Positions 1 through 8,808 of a stretch of DNA of 64,000 nt are shown here, one piece after another. Position numbers and translations under genes: made by a program. Position 1 is the stretch's first letter. Every line of letters starts with the position of its first letter. The stretch lies in NCBI GenBank assembly GCA_963718665.1, contig OY970359.1, forward strand, positions 1,440,001 to 1,504,000. The letters run 5' to 3'. Below the pieces are notes generated by a model. The model worked only from the letters and a program-made list of their open reading frames with translations, was not told where the DNA came from and made no database searches. Source of the DNA: an uncultured Phycisphaerales bacterium. Its GTDB lineage: Bacteria > Planctomycetota > Phycisphaerae > Sedimentisphaerales > Anaerobacaceae.

Positions 1-522
1 CGTGATGTGTTTTGTCCTGGTTATTTCCTCGAATCGTTTTAATAAATCAAGGTTTGCTCCCGCTATAGCCGTCGCCCTGGCTAAGTATGAATACTCATAA
101 AAGTCGCTCTTGACTTCCTTGAGAAGCGAAAGCCGGGCTGCCTGATACTTTTGTTTCGCTGCTTCAGCGTTCTTCGCCGCCGCATCGGCCCTCGCGTTTA
201 TCTTGCCGAACCACGGAAACATCTGTGTTATGCTTACAACCCGCTTTTCGTACGCATCCGGCAGGTAGTAGCCGTATCCCAATTGAGGGTCTGGCAGCGT
301 TTTTGCCTGAACAACCTCCTTCGTTGCCGCCACCCATTGCTGATAGCTGCTCTTTAACCCGGCGTTGTGCGCCTCCGCGTAACTTATATAGTCCTTCAGC
401 GTCAAAAACCGGTTTGGCTCAACAATCGCAAGCAGAGTAGCGTTGTTCGGCTCGCTCGTCGCGACCGCGCATTGGGCCAGAATCGCTATAATCGCTCCTG
501 CTATCAGTATTGCTGTTCTCAT
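1..522 (-). CDS. TolC-family outer membrane efflux protein, N-terminal part (runs off the window)
   Basis: Not in the ORF track. Manual translation from ATG 522: MRTAILIAGAIIAILAQCAVA (signal peptide)...KTLPDPQLGYGY...SITQMFPWFGK...YEYSYL; LPDP and QxFPWFGK are typical of CusC/TolC-like proteins. Confidence 0.8.
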   Translation of the reverse strand, partial: MRTAILIAGAIIAILAQCAVATSEPNNATLLAIVEPNRFLTLKDYISYAEAHNAGLKSSYQQWVAATKEVVQAKTLPDPQLGYGYYLPDAYEKRVVSITQMFPWFGKINARADAAAKNAEAAKQKYQAARLSLLKEVKSDFYEYSYLARATAIAGANLDLLKRFEEITRTKHIT

Positions 523-678
523 TGGTCTGTTTTCCACTAACCTTGCCGGGATACACTATATCAGCTTTGCCATCATAAACAAACGACATCTGTGATTAAG
601 ATATAGTATCCACCCAGAAAAACCGGTTTCTTAATTATTACCGGTGTCGATAATTTGTTGTTCCTGGTTTTGCCGTGA

Positions 679-1731
679 TTATTTGTCGTTCGCGTCCGCG
701 GTGCCGACGTGGGTTGTCAGCCGTTCGACGAGAAAATCCCCGAAGGCGTTGAGATTTTTCCATTTCATCGCACAATTTATTTTCTTCGCCTTGCCGTCTA
801 TCACCGTGCGCCCGTCATCCGTAACGCGAATACCGAGGGTTTCCGTCTCCAGTAAATCGTGACTCATCGCAAGGTAAATCGCCACGGTATCAAACAGTGT
901 TGTACTCCGGGCACCCGCCTGTGCCTCATTTATGTTGCCGCTTTTTGCCCACACACGGTAGTTTTCAATAACTGCTTTCGTTATTGGGCTGTTGCAGTCC
1001 AGGACCTTCTTGTAGTCGTCCCCGTCCAGCGACACCATCCCGCAGGTATCTAAAGGCGTTATTGTCATATCCCATTCCGCCGCGAAGACCATCTGTGACG
1101 CCTTGATAAATGAAACAATGTTGTATTCTTTTTCCGGCTTCGACTTCTCGCCGTAGCCCCTGCGGATACTTCCCTGCATCCCCACAAACCGGGCCTTCTT
1201 CGCTATATTCGGCTCGCGTTCCAGCGCAGCCGCGATATTGGGCAGGGGGCCTGTTGAGATAATAGTTATCGGCTCCGGGGAATTCATAATCGTATCTATC
1301 ATCGCCCGCACGCCGTCCTGGTAAATCTTCCCTGGATACTTCGATAAATCGAAATCCTTCACCCAGCCATCCTGCCTGTGCCCGGTTTTCATATCCCCTA
1401 TGGCCACCCCCGTCCCGATTGGTATGTCCGTTCTTCCTGCTGTTTGCAGCATTTTTGCCACAACCTTTGTTCTGGCCGTCGTATCGCCCACCGCCGTGGT
1501 AATCAGCTTTATGTCGAATTCGGGTGATTGAAGCAGCATTGCCAGCGCCCACGTGTCGTCGATGTCGTCGCAGATGTCGGTATCGAGAATAACCGCTATC
1601 TTAGCGTTCTTGTCTGCGGGGAAAATCGCGGACTTGACGTTGGTTGATACTTTTTCGACCTTCTCGCACCCGCAAAATATAATCAACGCCGTCAGGGCCG
1701 CGGTCAGCAGGTATCCTTTTTTCCCGTTCAT
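679..1731 (-). CDS. Inosine-uridine preferring nucleoside hydrolase family protein with lipoprotein-like signal
   Basis: ILDTDICDDIDD Asp-rich motif, TGPLPNIA, EYNI, PLD; hydrophobic N-terminus ending FCGC. Confidence 0.85.
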   Translation of the reverse strand: MNGKKGYLLTAALTALIIFCGCEKVEKVSTNVKSAIFPADKNAKIAVILDTDICDDIDDTWALAMLLQSPEFDIKLITTAVGDTTARTKVVAKMLQTAGRTDIPIGTGVAIGDMKTGHRQDGWVKDFDLSKYPGKIYQDGVRAMIDTIMNSPEPITIISTGPLPNIAAALEREPNIAKKARFVGMQGSIRRGYGEKSKPEKEYNIVSFIKASQMVFAAEWDMTITPLDTCGMVSLDGDDYKKVLDCNSPITKAVIENYRVWAKSGNINEAQAGARSTTLFDTVAIYLAMSHDLLETETLGIRVTDDGRTVIDGKAKKINCAMKWKNLNAFGDFLVERLTTHVGTADANDK

Positions 1732-1896
1732 TTTAAGTTCCTTTCGAATGCTGTTTGCCGGCCGATATGATAATCTTCTGTCAAGCCCTCTGCTAATACA
1801 AATTACCTAAGAATCCTTCTCATCTTTGATTATCCCCCCTTGACTTTTCGCCGGATTTTTATATTGTTGCATAAGTTTTGTGCAAGGAGGCCTAAA

Positions 1897-3163
1897 TTGG
1901 CAGAAAAAATGACAGCAGGAGCGTTTGTTTTTGAATCGCCGGCAAGTTCGCCGGTCGGCAGCGTGTTGTATGACGAGCACCTCAAGCTCACCGATAAATC
2001 CCATATCGCCGAATTCGCCGGATATCTGATGCCCCTGTGGTATTCTTCGATTGCCGAAGAACATTCCGCCGTCCGTCAGCGGGCGGGCATTTTTGACTGC
2101 ACCCACATGGCGCTCTTGAGGTTGTAGGCCCGAACGCCGAAAGCTTTCTCGACGCGGTTACGACCAATAACGTCCGAACATTGCAGGTCGGCTCAGCACA
2201 ATACAGCTACCTCCTTGATGCTGCGGGCAATGTTCTCGACGATATAATCATCTACCGGCGCGATAAAGAAAAATTTATGGTCGTTGTTAACGCCTCGAAT
2301 GAGCCGAAAGCCAAAGCGTATCTGGCTGCATTGCAGGCAGGCAAAACAAAAATAGACCTGGCAAAACCCGACAGGAAAATTAAGACCGCCCCCGTTCGTG
2401 ATATGCGTGATACCAAAACTGGCCCCGATTGCAGGGTCGATATTGCTATTCAGGGGCCTTCATCGCCGGATGTCCTTTGCAAGCTCGCGGATGCCTCGGT
2501 CGGTCAGCAGCTCAAAAATCTCAAAAGCTTTACGTTCTGCCAGGCGAAACTGGCGAATATCGACTGCATCATCTCCCGCACCGGCTACACCGGGGCAAAG
2601 GTCTGTTTCGAGCTTTTCGTGCATCCGAAAGACGCCGCGAATTTGTGGCAAAAGTTAATTGACGCGGGCGCATTGCCCTGCGGACTGGCGCAAGAGATAG
2701 CTTGCGTGTCGAAGCCGGTCTGCCTCTTTATGGCCACGAGCTTGATGGACCGTATAATATATCCCCGTTCGAGGCTGGCTATGGCTGGGCGGTTAAGCTC
2801 GACAAGGACTTCTTCATCGGCAAGGCAGCGATGGAGAAAATCTCAAAAACCTGTAAAATGAAAGTCGCCCGTCTCGAGCTTTCAGGCGAAAAGGGCGTTC
2901 GTCCCGTCCGCCAGAATGACCCGGTGATAAGCGATTGCGTATGCGTTGGCTGGGTCCTCAGCAGCGCAACCGCCGGCTCAAGACAAATTGCGATTGTATA
3001 TATGGACAAGGATAAAGCGGTCGAGGGTAATTCGGTTGATATATATTACCTGGCACGCAGCGAAAGCCAGAAAAACAAGGGCAGAAAACAGGCCGTACAG
3101 CAAGGCGAGCGGATAAACGGGGACATAACAGGCAAAGTGGTAAGCCGATTCGAAAAATTTTAG
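1897..3163 (+). CDS. gcvT: Glycine cleavage system T protein (aminomethyltransferase); two apparent frameshifts near 2110 and 2688
   Basis: [55 protein letters not shown] spread over three frames; GGAGG RBS before TTG 1897; first gene of the gcv operon. Confidence 0.9.
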
Positions 3164-3178
3164 GACTGGAGAAAATCT

Positions 3179-3559
3179 ATGGTTCCAAAAGGGCTGCTTT
3201 ACACAAAAGACCACGAATGGGCAAAAATCGAAGGCGATATCGCGATTATCGGCATAACCGACCACGCCCAGAACCAGTTGGGCGAGCTGACCTTCGTTGA
3301 ATTGCCCGACGTCGGCAAAGAGGTCAAACAAAAAGGCGAGCTTGCCGTCGTCGAAAGCTCCAAGGCCGCCAGCGATGTTTATTCGCCGGTAACAGGAAAG
3401 GTTATCGAGGTCAATAAGGCCCTCCAGGCCAAGCCGGAAATAGTAAACGACGAGTGTTACGGCTCCGGCTGGATTTGCAAAATCCAGATAACAGACAAGG
3501 CGACGACGGAAAACCTTATGGACACCACGCAGTATGAGGAATACCTGAAAGGGCTTTAA
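3179..3559 (+). CDS. gcvH: Glycine cleavage system H protein
   Basis: YTKDHEW, GITDHAQ, VESSKAASD lipoyl-lysine motif. Confidence 0.97.
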   Translation: MVPKGLLYTKDHEWAKIEGDIAIIGITDHAQNQLGELTFVELPDVGKEVKQKGELAVVESSKAASDVYSPVTGKVIEVNKALQAKPEIVNDECYGSGWICKIQITDKATTENLMDTTQYEEYLKGL

Positions 3560-3562
3560 GAT

Positions 3563-4894
3563 ATGCCGTTTATTGCCAATACCGCCGAGCAGCAAAAGCA
3601 GATGCTTTCCGAGATGGGTCTCACGATGGACAAGCTCTTCTCGGATATACCGAAAGGACTTTTGGCTGGCTCTCTGAATTTGCCGGACGGTCTGCCCGAG
3701 CAGGAAGTTCGCAATGTGCTCGCTGACCTCGCGGATAAAAATTCCATAAACCTCACGCTTTTTTTAGGCGGCGGCTTCTACGACCATTTCATACCGTCCG
3801 CCGTGTATTCGCTCATATCCCGCAGCGAATTTTATACCGCCTACACGCCTTATCAGCCCGAGGTCTCGCAGGGGACATTGCAGGCCATATACGAATATCA
3901 ATCGACGATTTGCCGGCTGACCGATATGGAAGTCGCCAACGCCTCAATCTACGATGGCGGCACCGCCATGTACGAGGCGATGATGATGTCCCTTCGCATC
4001 ACGGGCAGAAACAAAGTAATCATAGATGACAGTGTCAATCCTATTTACCGCGTTATGATTGAATCCTATACGCGCAACCTCAAAATCGAGCACGTCACGA
4101 CCCACTGCGAAACCGGCCTTGTTGACCGTGACCAGATATTGGCCAAACTCAATAATGACACCGCCGCCGTGATTTTGCAGAACCCCAATTTCTTCGGCTG
4201 CATCGATGACTTCAGTGACATAGCCGAAGCCGCACACAAAAAAGGCGCTCTTCTGGTCGTGTCCAGCTATCCCATATCGCTCGGAATCCTGAAAACACCC
4301 GGCTCAATGGGCGCTGATATCGTAACAGGCGAAGGCCAAAGCTTGGGTATGCCGATGTCTTTTGGCGGGCCATACCTCGGCTTTATGGCGACCCGGATGC
4401 AGCACGTCCGCAAAATGCCCGGCCGCATCATAGGCCGGACCAAAGACCGCAATGGTAACGACTGCTTCGTTATGACCCTTCAGGCAAGAGAACAGCACAT
4501 ACGCCGGGAAAAAGCTACTTCCAATATCTGCTCCAACGAGGCCCTTTGCGCAATGACCGCACTGGTGTATCTGTCATTATTAGGTAAAGAGGGTTTGCGA
4601 GAGACGGCGCAGCTTTGCGCCGACAAGGCCAGTTACGCTTACAATCGCCTCACCGCCATACCGGGCGTAAAATCCCATTTCAAGGCCAGGTGGTTCTTCA
4701 ACGAATTTGTGCTCGACCTGCCCAAAGACGCCGCGGATGTGATAGGTAAACTTATCGAAAAAGGTTTCGCCGCTGGCTTCCCGCTGAGCAGGTATTATCC
4801 CGATATGAAAAATTGCATTCTTGTTTGCGTAACCGAAAAGCGAACCAAACAGCAGATAGGTATGTTCGCAGAAGCCCTGGAGAGTGTTCTATGA
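3563..4894 (+). CDS. gcvPA: Glycine dehydrogenase subunit 1
   Basis: EFYTAYTPYQPEVSQG, QAREQHIRREKATSNIC. Confidence 0.97.
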   Translation: MPFIANTAEQQKQMLSEMGLTMDKLFSDIPKGLLAGSLNLPDGLPEQEVRNVLADLADKNSINLTLFLGGGFYDHFIPSAVYSLISRSEFYTAYTPYQPEVSQGTLQAIYEYQSTICRLTDMEVANASIYDGGTAMYEAMMMSLRITGRNKVIIDDSVNPIYRVMIESYTRNLKIEHVTTHCETGLVDRDQILAKLNNDTAAVILQNPNFFGCIDDFSDIAEAAHKKGALLVVSSYPISLGILKTPGSMGADIVTGEGQSLGMPMSFGGPYLGFMATRMQHVRKMPGRIIGRTKDRNGNDCFVMTLQAREQHIRREKATSNICSNEALCAMTALVYLSLLGKEGLRETAQLCADKASYAYNRLTAIPGVKSHFKARWFFNEFVLDLPKDAADVIGKLIEKGFAAGFPLSRYYPDMKNCILVCVTEKRTKQQIGMFAEALESVL

Positions 4895-6339
4895 AACTGA
4901 TATTCGATAAAAGCGTGCCCGACAGGCGCGGCGTTACAACAACGCGAAGCGACGTGGCCACTACCGTAAATATAAAAAAGGAATTTCTCCGTAATAAACC
5001 CGCCCAGCTCCCCGAGCTTACTGAGCTTGACGTGGTAAGACACTTCACGGAATTATCTCGTCGCAATTTCGGCGTCGATACCAATTTTTATCCGCTCGGC
5101 TCCTGCACGATGAAATACAACCCCAAAGTCGCCGAACGTATCGCCGCGTATCCCGGCTTCGCGCATCTCCACCCGCTCCTTCCCCAGTTACGCGGAGGTG
5201 GTATGCTTACTCAGGGTGCGCTCGCCGTCCTTTACGAAATGGATATGCTCTTGCGTGAAATAACCGGTATGGCTGGTTTCACCATGCAGCCGATGGCAGG
5301 CGCACACGGCGAACTCACCGGCATGATGATTATGGCTGCTTATCATCGCGACAAAGGCAATAAGAAAACCACAGTCCTCATCCCCGACAGCGCACACGGC
5401 ACTAACCCCGCAAGCGCAGCAATCGCCGGCTACAAGGTCGTCTCTGTCCCCAGCACCGACAAAGGCGTGATGGATGTCAACGCCCTTAAAAAACTCATCA
5501 ATGATGAAGTCGCGGGCCTTATGCTCACTTGCCCAAATACGCTTGGCCTATTCGACCCCAATATCAAACAGATTTGCGATTTGATTCACAGCGTCGATGG
5601 TCTCGCCTATTACGACGGCGCAAACCTCAACGCCATCGTCGGCAAAGCCCGCCCCGGCGACTTCGGCTTCGATATTGTCCACATCAATCTCCACAAAACC
5701 TTCGCCACCCCTCACGGCGGAGGCGGCCCCGGCGCAGGCCCCGTCGGTGTTACAAAGAAACTCGTCGATTACCTTCCCGTCTCAATTGTTACCAAACGCG
5801 ACGACGGCACTTACGCCCTTGAATACGACCGCCCCAAATCCATTGGCTACATCGCCCCCTTCTATGGCAACTTCGCCGTAATTCTCAAGGCGTATGTTTA
5901 TATCCTTATGCTTGGCAAAGCCGGCCTCGTCCGCGTTGCCGAAAACGCCGTCCTCAACGCTAATTACGTCCGCGTAAAATTGAAAAAACACTTTGCACAG
6001 GCAGTCGATGCTGTGTGCAAGCACGAATGTGTCCTGACGCCATCAAAGAGTATGCTCGATTCAGGCGTCCACGCCCTCGATGTCGCAAAAGCGATCATTG
6101 ACCGCGGCTTTCATCCGCCCACCGTCTATTTCCCCACGACCGTCCACGATGCGATTATGATTGAGCCGACGGAAACCGAGAGCAAAGAAACGCTCGACTC
6201 ATTTATCGATGCGATGCTCGATATCGCCGAAGTCGCCAAAACCGACCCCGAAAAAATCAAGGCCTCGCCTTCGACTACTCCCATTTGCAGACCAGACGAC
6301 ACCGCCGCCGCCAAAAACCTCGACCTTGCTTGCCTGTAA
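4891..6339 (+). CDS. gcvPB: Glycine dehydrogenase subunit 2
   Basis: YPLGSCTMKYNP, HINLHKTFATPHGGGGPG PLP-lysine motif; ATG 4891 overlaps the gcvPA stop (ATGA). Confidence 0.97.
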   Translation: MKLIFDKSVPDRRGVTTTRSDVATTVNIKKEFLRNKPAQLPELTELDVVRHFTELSRRNFGVDTNFYPLGSCTMKYNPKVAERIAAYPGFAHLHPLLPQLRGGGMLTQGALAVLYEMDMLLREITGMAGFTMQPMAGAHGELTGMMIMAAYHRDKGNKKTTVLIPDSAHGTNPASAAIAGYKVVSVPSTDKGVMDVNALKKLINDEVAGLMLTCPNTLGLFDPNIKQICDLIHSVDGLAYYDGANLNAIVGKARPGDFGFDIVHINLHKTFATPHGGGGPGAGPVGVTKKLVDYLPVSIVTKRDDGTYALEYDRPKSIGYIAPFYGNFAVILKAYVYILMLGKAGLVRVAENAVLNANYVRVKLKKHFAQAVDAVCKHECVLTPSKSMLDSGVHALDVAKAIIDRGFHPPTVYFPTTVHDAIMIEPTETESKETLDSFIDAMLDIAEVAKTDPEKIKASPSTTPICRPDDTAAAKNLDLACL

Positions 6340-6546
6340 GAAATAGATTTTTTCTTCCTTGAAATAATTAGCCCCGTCATCATCGCCGGAGGCGTGTGAC
6401 GGGGTTCCCCGCGAACTTTATCCTCCTCTGGCGGATTTTTGCCGGGTCATTAAAACGGCAGGGTTCCCCGCGGTTTGGGTAGAATTGGAGGTAGGAGCTA
6501 ATATTAAAAATAAAGTATAGGTGGCTATCCTCAGCTATTTACCTAT

Positions 6547-6846
6547 TTATTGGTTATGTTTTTTAAGCCAACTTTTTAATTTTCTGACGGCAAAGCAATT
6601 TATTCTATATTCGTCACATATAGATATAACTTTCTTTGTATTTTCAATGTTTGGACTTTTCGGTGAAAAGATGTTGTTATATTCCTCTGGCAACATCAAC
6701 AGCCATTTTGCTTCTTTTTTCGTATCGACACAAAAAACTTTGCCAAACATATTAACAGAAAATGTACTATCGCTATTTTTCTTTATTGAAACACTTGCTT
6801 CTTCTTTAACCGTTGTTGAGTTAATCTTCATAATCTCGACCTTCAC
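6547..6846 (-). CDS. Hypothetical protein (99 aa) in AT-rich islet
   Basis: ORF co-oriented with the other islet genes; no motif recognised. Confidence 0.45.
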   Translation of the reverse strand: MKVEIMKINSTTVKEEASVSIKKNSDSTFSVNMFGKVFCVDTKKEAKWLLMLPEEYNNIFSPKSPNIENTKKVISICDEYRINCFAVRKLKSWLKKHNQ

Positions 6847-6904
6847 TGTTTTTCACAACTACGTAAACATAATACCCGGTCATCCATGACCATAAGGAGG
6901 TTTT

Positions 6905-7006
6905 TTATGACGTTGCTATCATTAAAAATATCCAGAATATCAGCCCGAAAAACAGACTTATTCCAATTGTTGCAATCCACCCTTCTATATATTTTCTATC
7001 AGTCAT
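6905..7006 (-). CDS. Putative 33-aa single-TM small protein
   Basis: MTDRKYIEGWIATIGISLFFGLIFWIFLMIATS*, AAGGTG upstream; manual translation. Confidence 0.45.
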   Translation of the reverse strand: MTDRKYIEGWIATIGISLFFGLIFWIFLMIATS

Positions 7007-7106
7007 TTTCGCACCTTATAAATGTTATGCACCTTATAGTTGCTCGACCGGCTAAACGCAATGCCTCTACGGCATAGGATTTGGACTTGTGTAAGATAGT
7101 TTTCAT
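6999..7106 (-). CDS. Putative 35-aa small protein
   Basis: AAAGGAG RBS then MKTILHKSKSYAVEALRLAGRATIRCITFIRCEND*; stop overlaps the start region of the 33-aa ORF. Confidence 0.35.
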   Translation of the reverse strand: MKTILHKSKSYAVEALRLAGRATIRCITFIRCEND

Positions 7107-7190
7107 TGCTCACTCCTTTAAGGCCGGTTTACCAACATGCTTCTCTGTTAGAGGTGGGGGTGTAACAGAAATGTCATCTAATAATTTTAT

Positions 7191-7655
7191 TCACCCGTAA
7201 CCACAGCATGTCGTATTCTCGTCCGATTTCGTCGATACATTGAATTTCACCCAATTGCCCGTTCGTTTAAAGCCCATCTTTAACCAAAAAGGAAGCGATT
7301 CTTCGGGACAACAAAAACCAGATATAGCAGGATAGCCCTTGTTTTTCGCACATTTAATAATGTGTTCCACGAATAAACGCCCTATACCTTTTCCGCGATA
7401 ATCTGGTCTAACTTCAAGAATTTCAGCAGAGCATCCGTTTCCGAGATAAAAGGCCACAGGTAAATTATCCTTGTTGTCTATTGCTACAGTAAGTTCGCCT
7501 CTTTTCTGCCCCTCCTCTATCAGGTTTGTATTGTTGTAAAAGCCATTTCCTGTCCCAGAACGGTCAAATTCCTCTTTCAACCACGATTTAATTATTTTCA
7601 GGTCCTCCGTTGTTGCTAATCTGAAACGCATGGCAGTTCTCCTTTTGAAATCCAT
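7191..7655 (-). CDS. GNAT-family N-acetyltransferase
   Basis: EVRPDYRGKGIG acetyl-CoA binding motif A and FWLKMGF; probable start MRFRLAT at 7631. Confidence 0.85.
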   Translation of the reverse strand: MDFKRRTAMRFRLATTEDLKIIKSWLKEEFDRSGTGNGFYNNTNLIEEGQKRGELTVAIDNKDNLPVAFYLGNGCSAEILEVRPDYRGKGIGRLFVEHIIKCAKNKGYPAISGFCCPEESLPFWLKMGFKRTGNWVKFNVSTKSDENTTCCGYG

Positions 7656-7746
7656 ATCTCGCTATGAGATTATATCGGCTGAAAAGAAGGGATGGTTTAT
7701 CGGGAAAACGGCTCGATTACCTATTTTCCCCTGCCCCCTTTTTCTT

Positions 7747-8328
7747 CTAATGCATTTCGTAGATGTCATGAGGATAAGCATACTCGTCAGGATATGGAAC
7801 GTTTCCCTCATGAGCGAGCAAAAAACTGCGATATTTAATTACCGCTTTTGCGAATTCCTTGAACGATCCGATTGAACGGTTTTTATAAGCGTGGATTGCA
7901 TTTCTTCTTTCTCTCACCAAGTCAACAAAGATCCCCCACTGCCTTTTTTCTCTTTTTATCCATACGGTATCCTGAAAGAACCGGCATAACGCAATAAACC
8001 GCAACTCATCCGGATCAACTGCTTTTCCTTTTTTCTTTATTGGATTTGAAGAATAATTTTCATGAAAGACGCAAAGAAACCACATCATTGTTCCTTCGAC
8101 AAGAGCACCAAGATTTACCCATGCAAGTATAAGGCTGCCATCGTGTTCATCTTCATCTGGCACAGGTAACCAGCGTAAAAGGTTCTTAGATAAAGATACT
8201 TGCCAATCCAATCTTGATTTGGAGAGCATCTCTGCTGCGCTGCTGGGGGCCCATCCGCCATTTCCCCAGAAATCACGGATATGCTCATTTACTCTAATTA
8301 TATCTTTTATCGCGTCTCTAGGTTTCAT
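7747..8328 (-). CDS. Hypothetical protein (193 aa), helical, with RNxIH motif
   Basis: ORF track; RRNAIH matches an R-x4-H HEPN-like pattern. Confidence 0.7.
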   Translation of the reverse strand: MKPRDAIKDIIRVNEHIRDFWGNGGWAPSSAAEMLSKSRLDWQVSLSKNLLRWLPVPDEDEHDGSLILAWVNLGALVEGTMMWFLCVFHENYSSNPIKKKGKAVDPDELRFIALCRFFQDTVWIKREKRQWGIFVDLVRERRNAIHAYKNRSIGSFKEFAKAVIKYRSFLLAHEGNVPYPDEYAYPHDIYEMH

Positions 8329-8454
8329 AACCGCTCGCCTTTATTAAATTGCCTAATAACGACAATTTACACTAATGGTAGATAACTTACAATACAACAC
8401 TAACCGTATTCCCCGGCATTGATTCCTCCGACGAATTAATCGCCTGCTTGTCCG

Positions 8455-8504
8455 CGTATTTTGCCCGGCTTAATTTATTTCGGCCAACCTCGGCTAAATA
8501 GCCG
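8455..8504 (-). repeat. 50-bp structured repeat, inverted copy of 33561..33610
   Basis: 38/50 identity by manual alignment; core TGGCCGAAAYAAATTAAGCCG. Confidence 0.7.
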
Positions 8505-8619
8505 AAGGAAAAACAGTCAGCTTTATAAAAGAGCGATTAGCTCTTGCGGGCGCAGGTGAGGCATTCTGTAAAAGCTGGCTTTGAGAAGAATGTTCACCAA
8601 GAACGCAAAGCTGACTGTT

Positions 8620-8714
8620 CTCTGTGTAATCTGTGGAATCAGTGGCTAAGAACAGTGTCTATCAGTGCAATCTGTGGCAAGAGAACAGCGTAAATCTGCG
8701 TTAATCAGCGTCTA
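8620..8714 (-). repeat. Cluster of 9-bp-period repeats (CACAGATTA / CGCAGATTN type)
   Basis: ctgtgtaatctgtgg, cagtgcaatctgtgg, cagcgtaaatctgcgttaatcagcgtc; reverse complements recur at 33368-33432. Confidence 0.75.
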
Positions 8715-8771
8715 AAAAAATTCTCTGCCTGCCCTCCGTAGCTTCAGCGAAGGAGAACGGCAACGCGCATT

Positions 8772-8793
8772 GTAGGTCGGGGATTACCCCGCC
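8772..8793 (+). repeat. REP-like GTAG hairpin
   Basis: GTAGGTCGGGGATTACCCCGCC: GTAG tetranucleotide followed by a short palindrome. Confidence 0.45.
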
Positions 8794-8808
8794 ACCAAAA
8801 ACTCGCCC

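Noticed and set aside
2107..2700. Programmed frameshifting or pseudogenisation of gcvT (also rne, acyl-CoA dehydrogenase, RND permease)
   Set aside because: No slippery heptamers, the genes are otherwise intact, and every break is at GCGC; a sequencing artefact is more parsimonious
6861..6890. dif-like site (GTCATGGATGA-CCGGGTA-TTATGTTTACG on minus)
   Set aside because: Only the XerD-like arm is fair, the spacer is 7 bp and the XerC arm is poor; local skew looks more origin-like than terminus-like
6500..8400. Integron cassette array
   Set aside because: No integrase, and no paired RYYYAAC...GTTRRRY attC structures found after the genes
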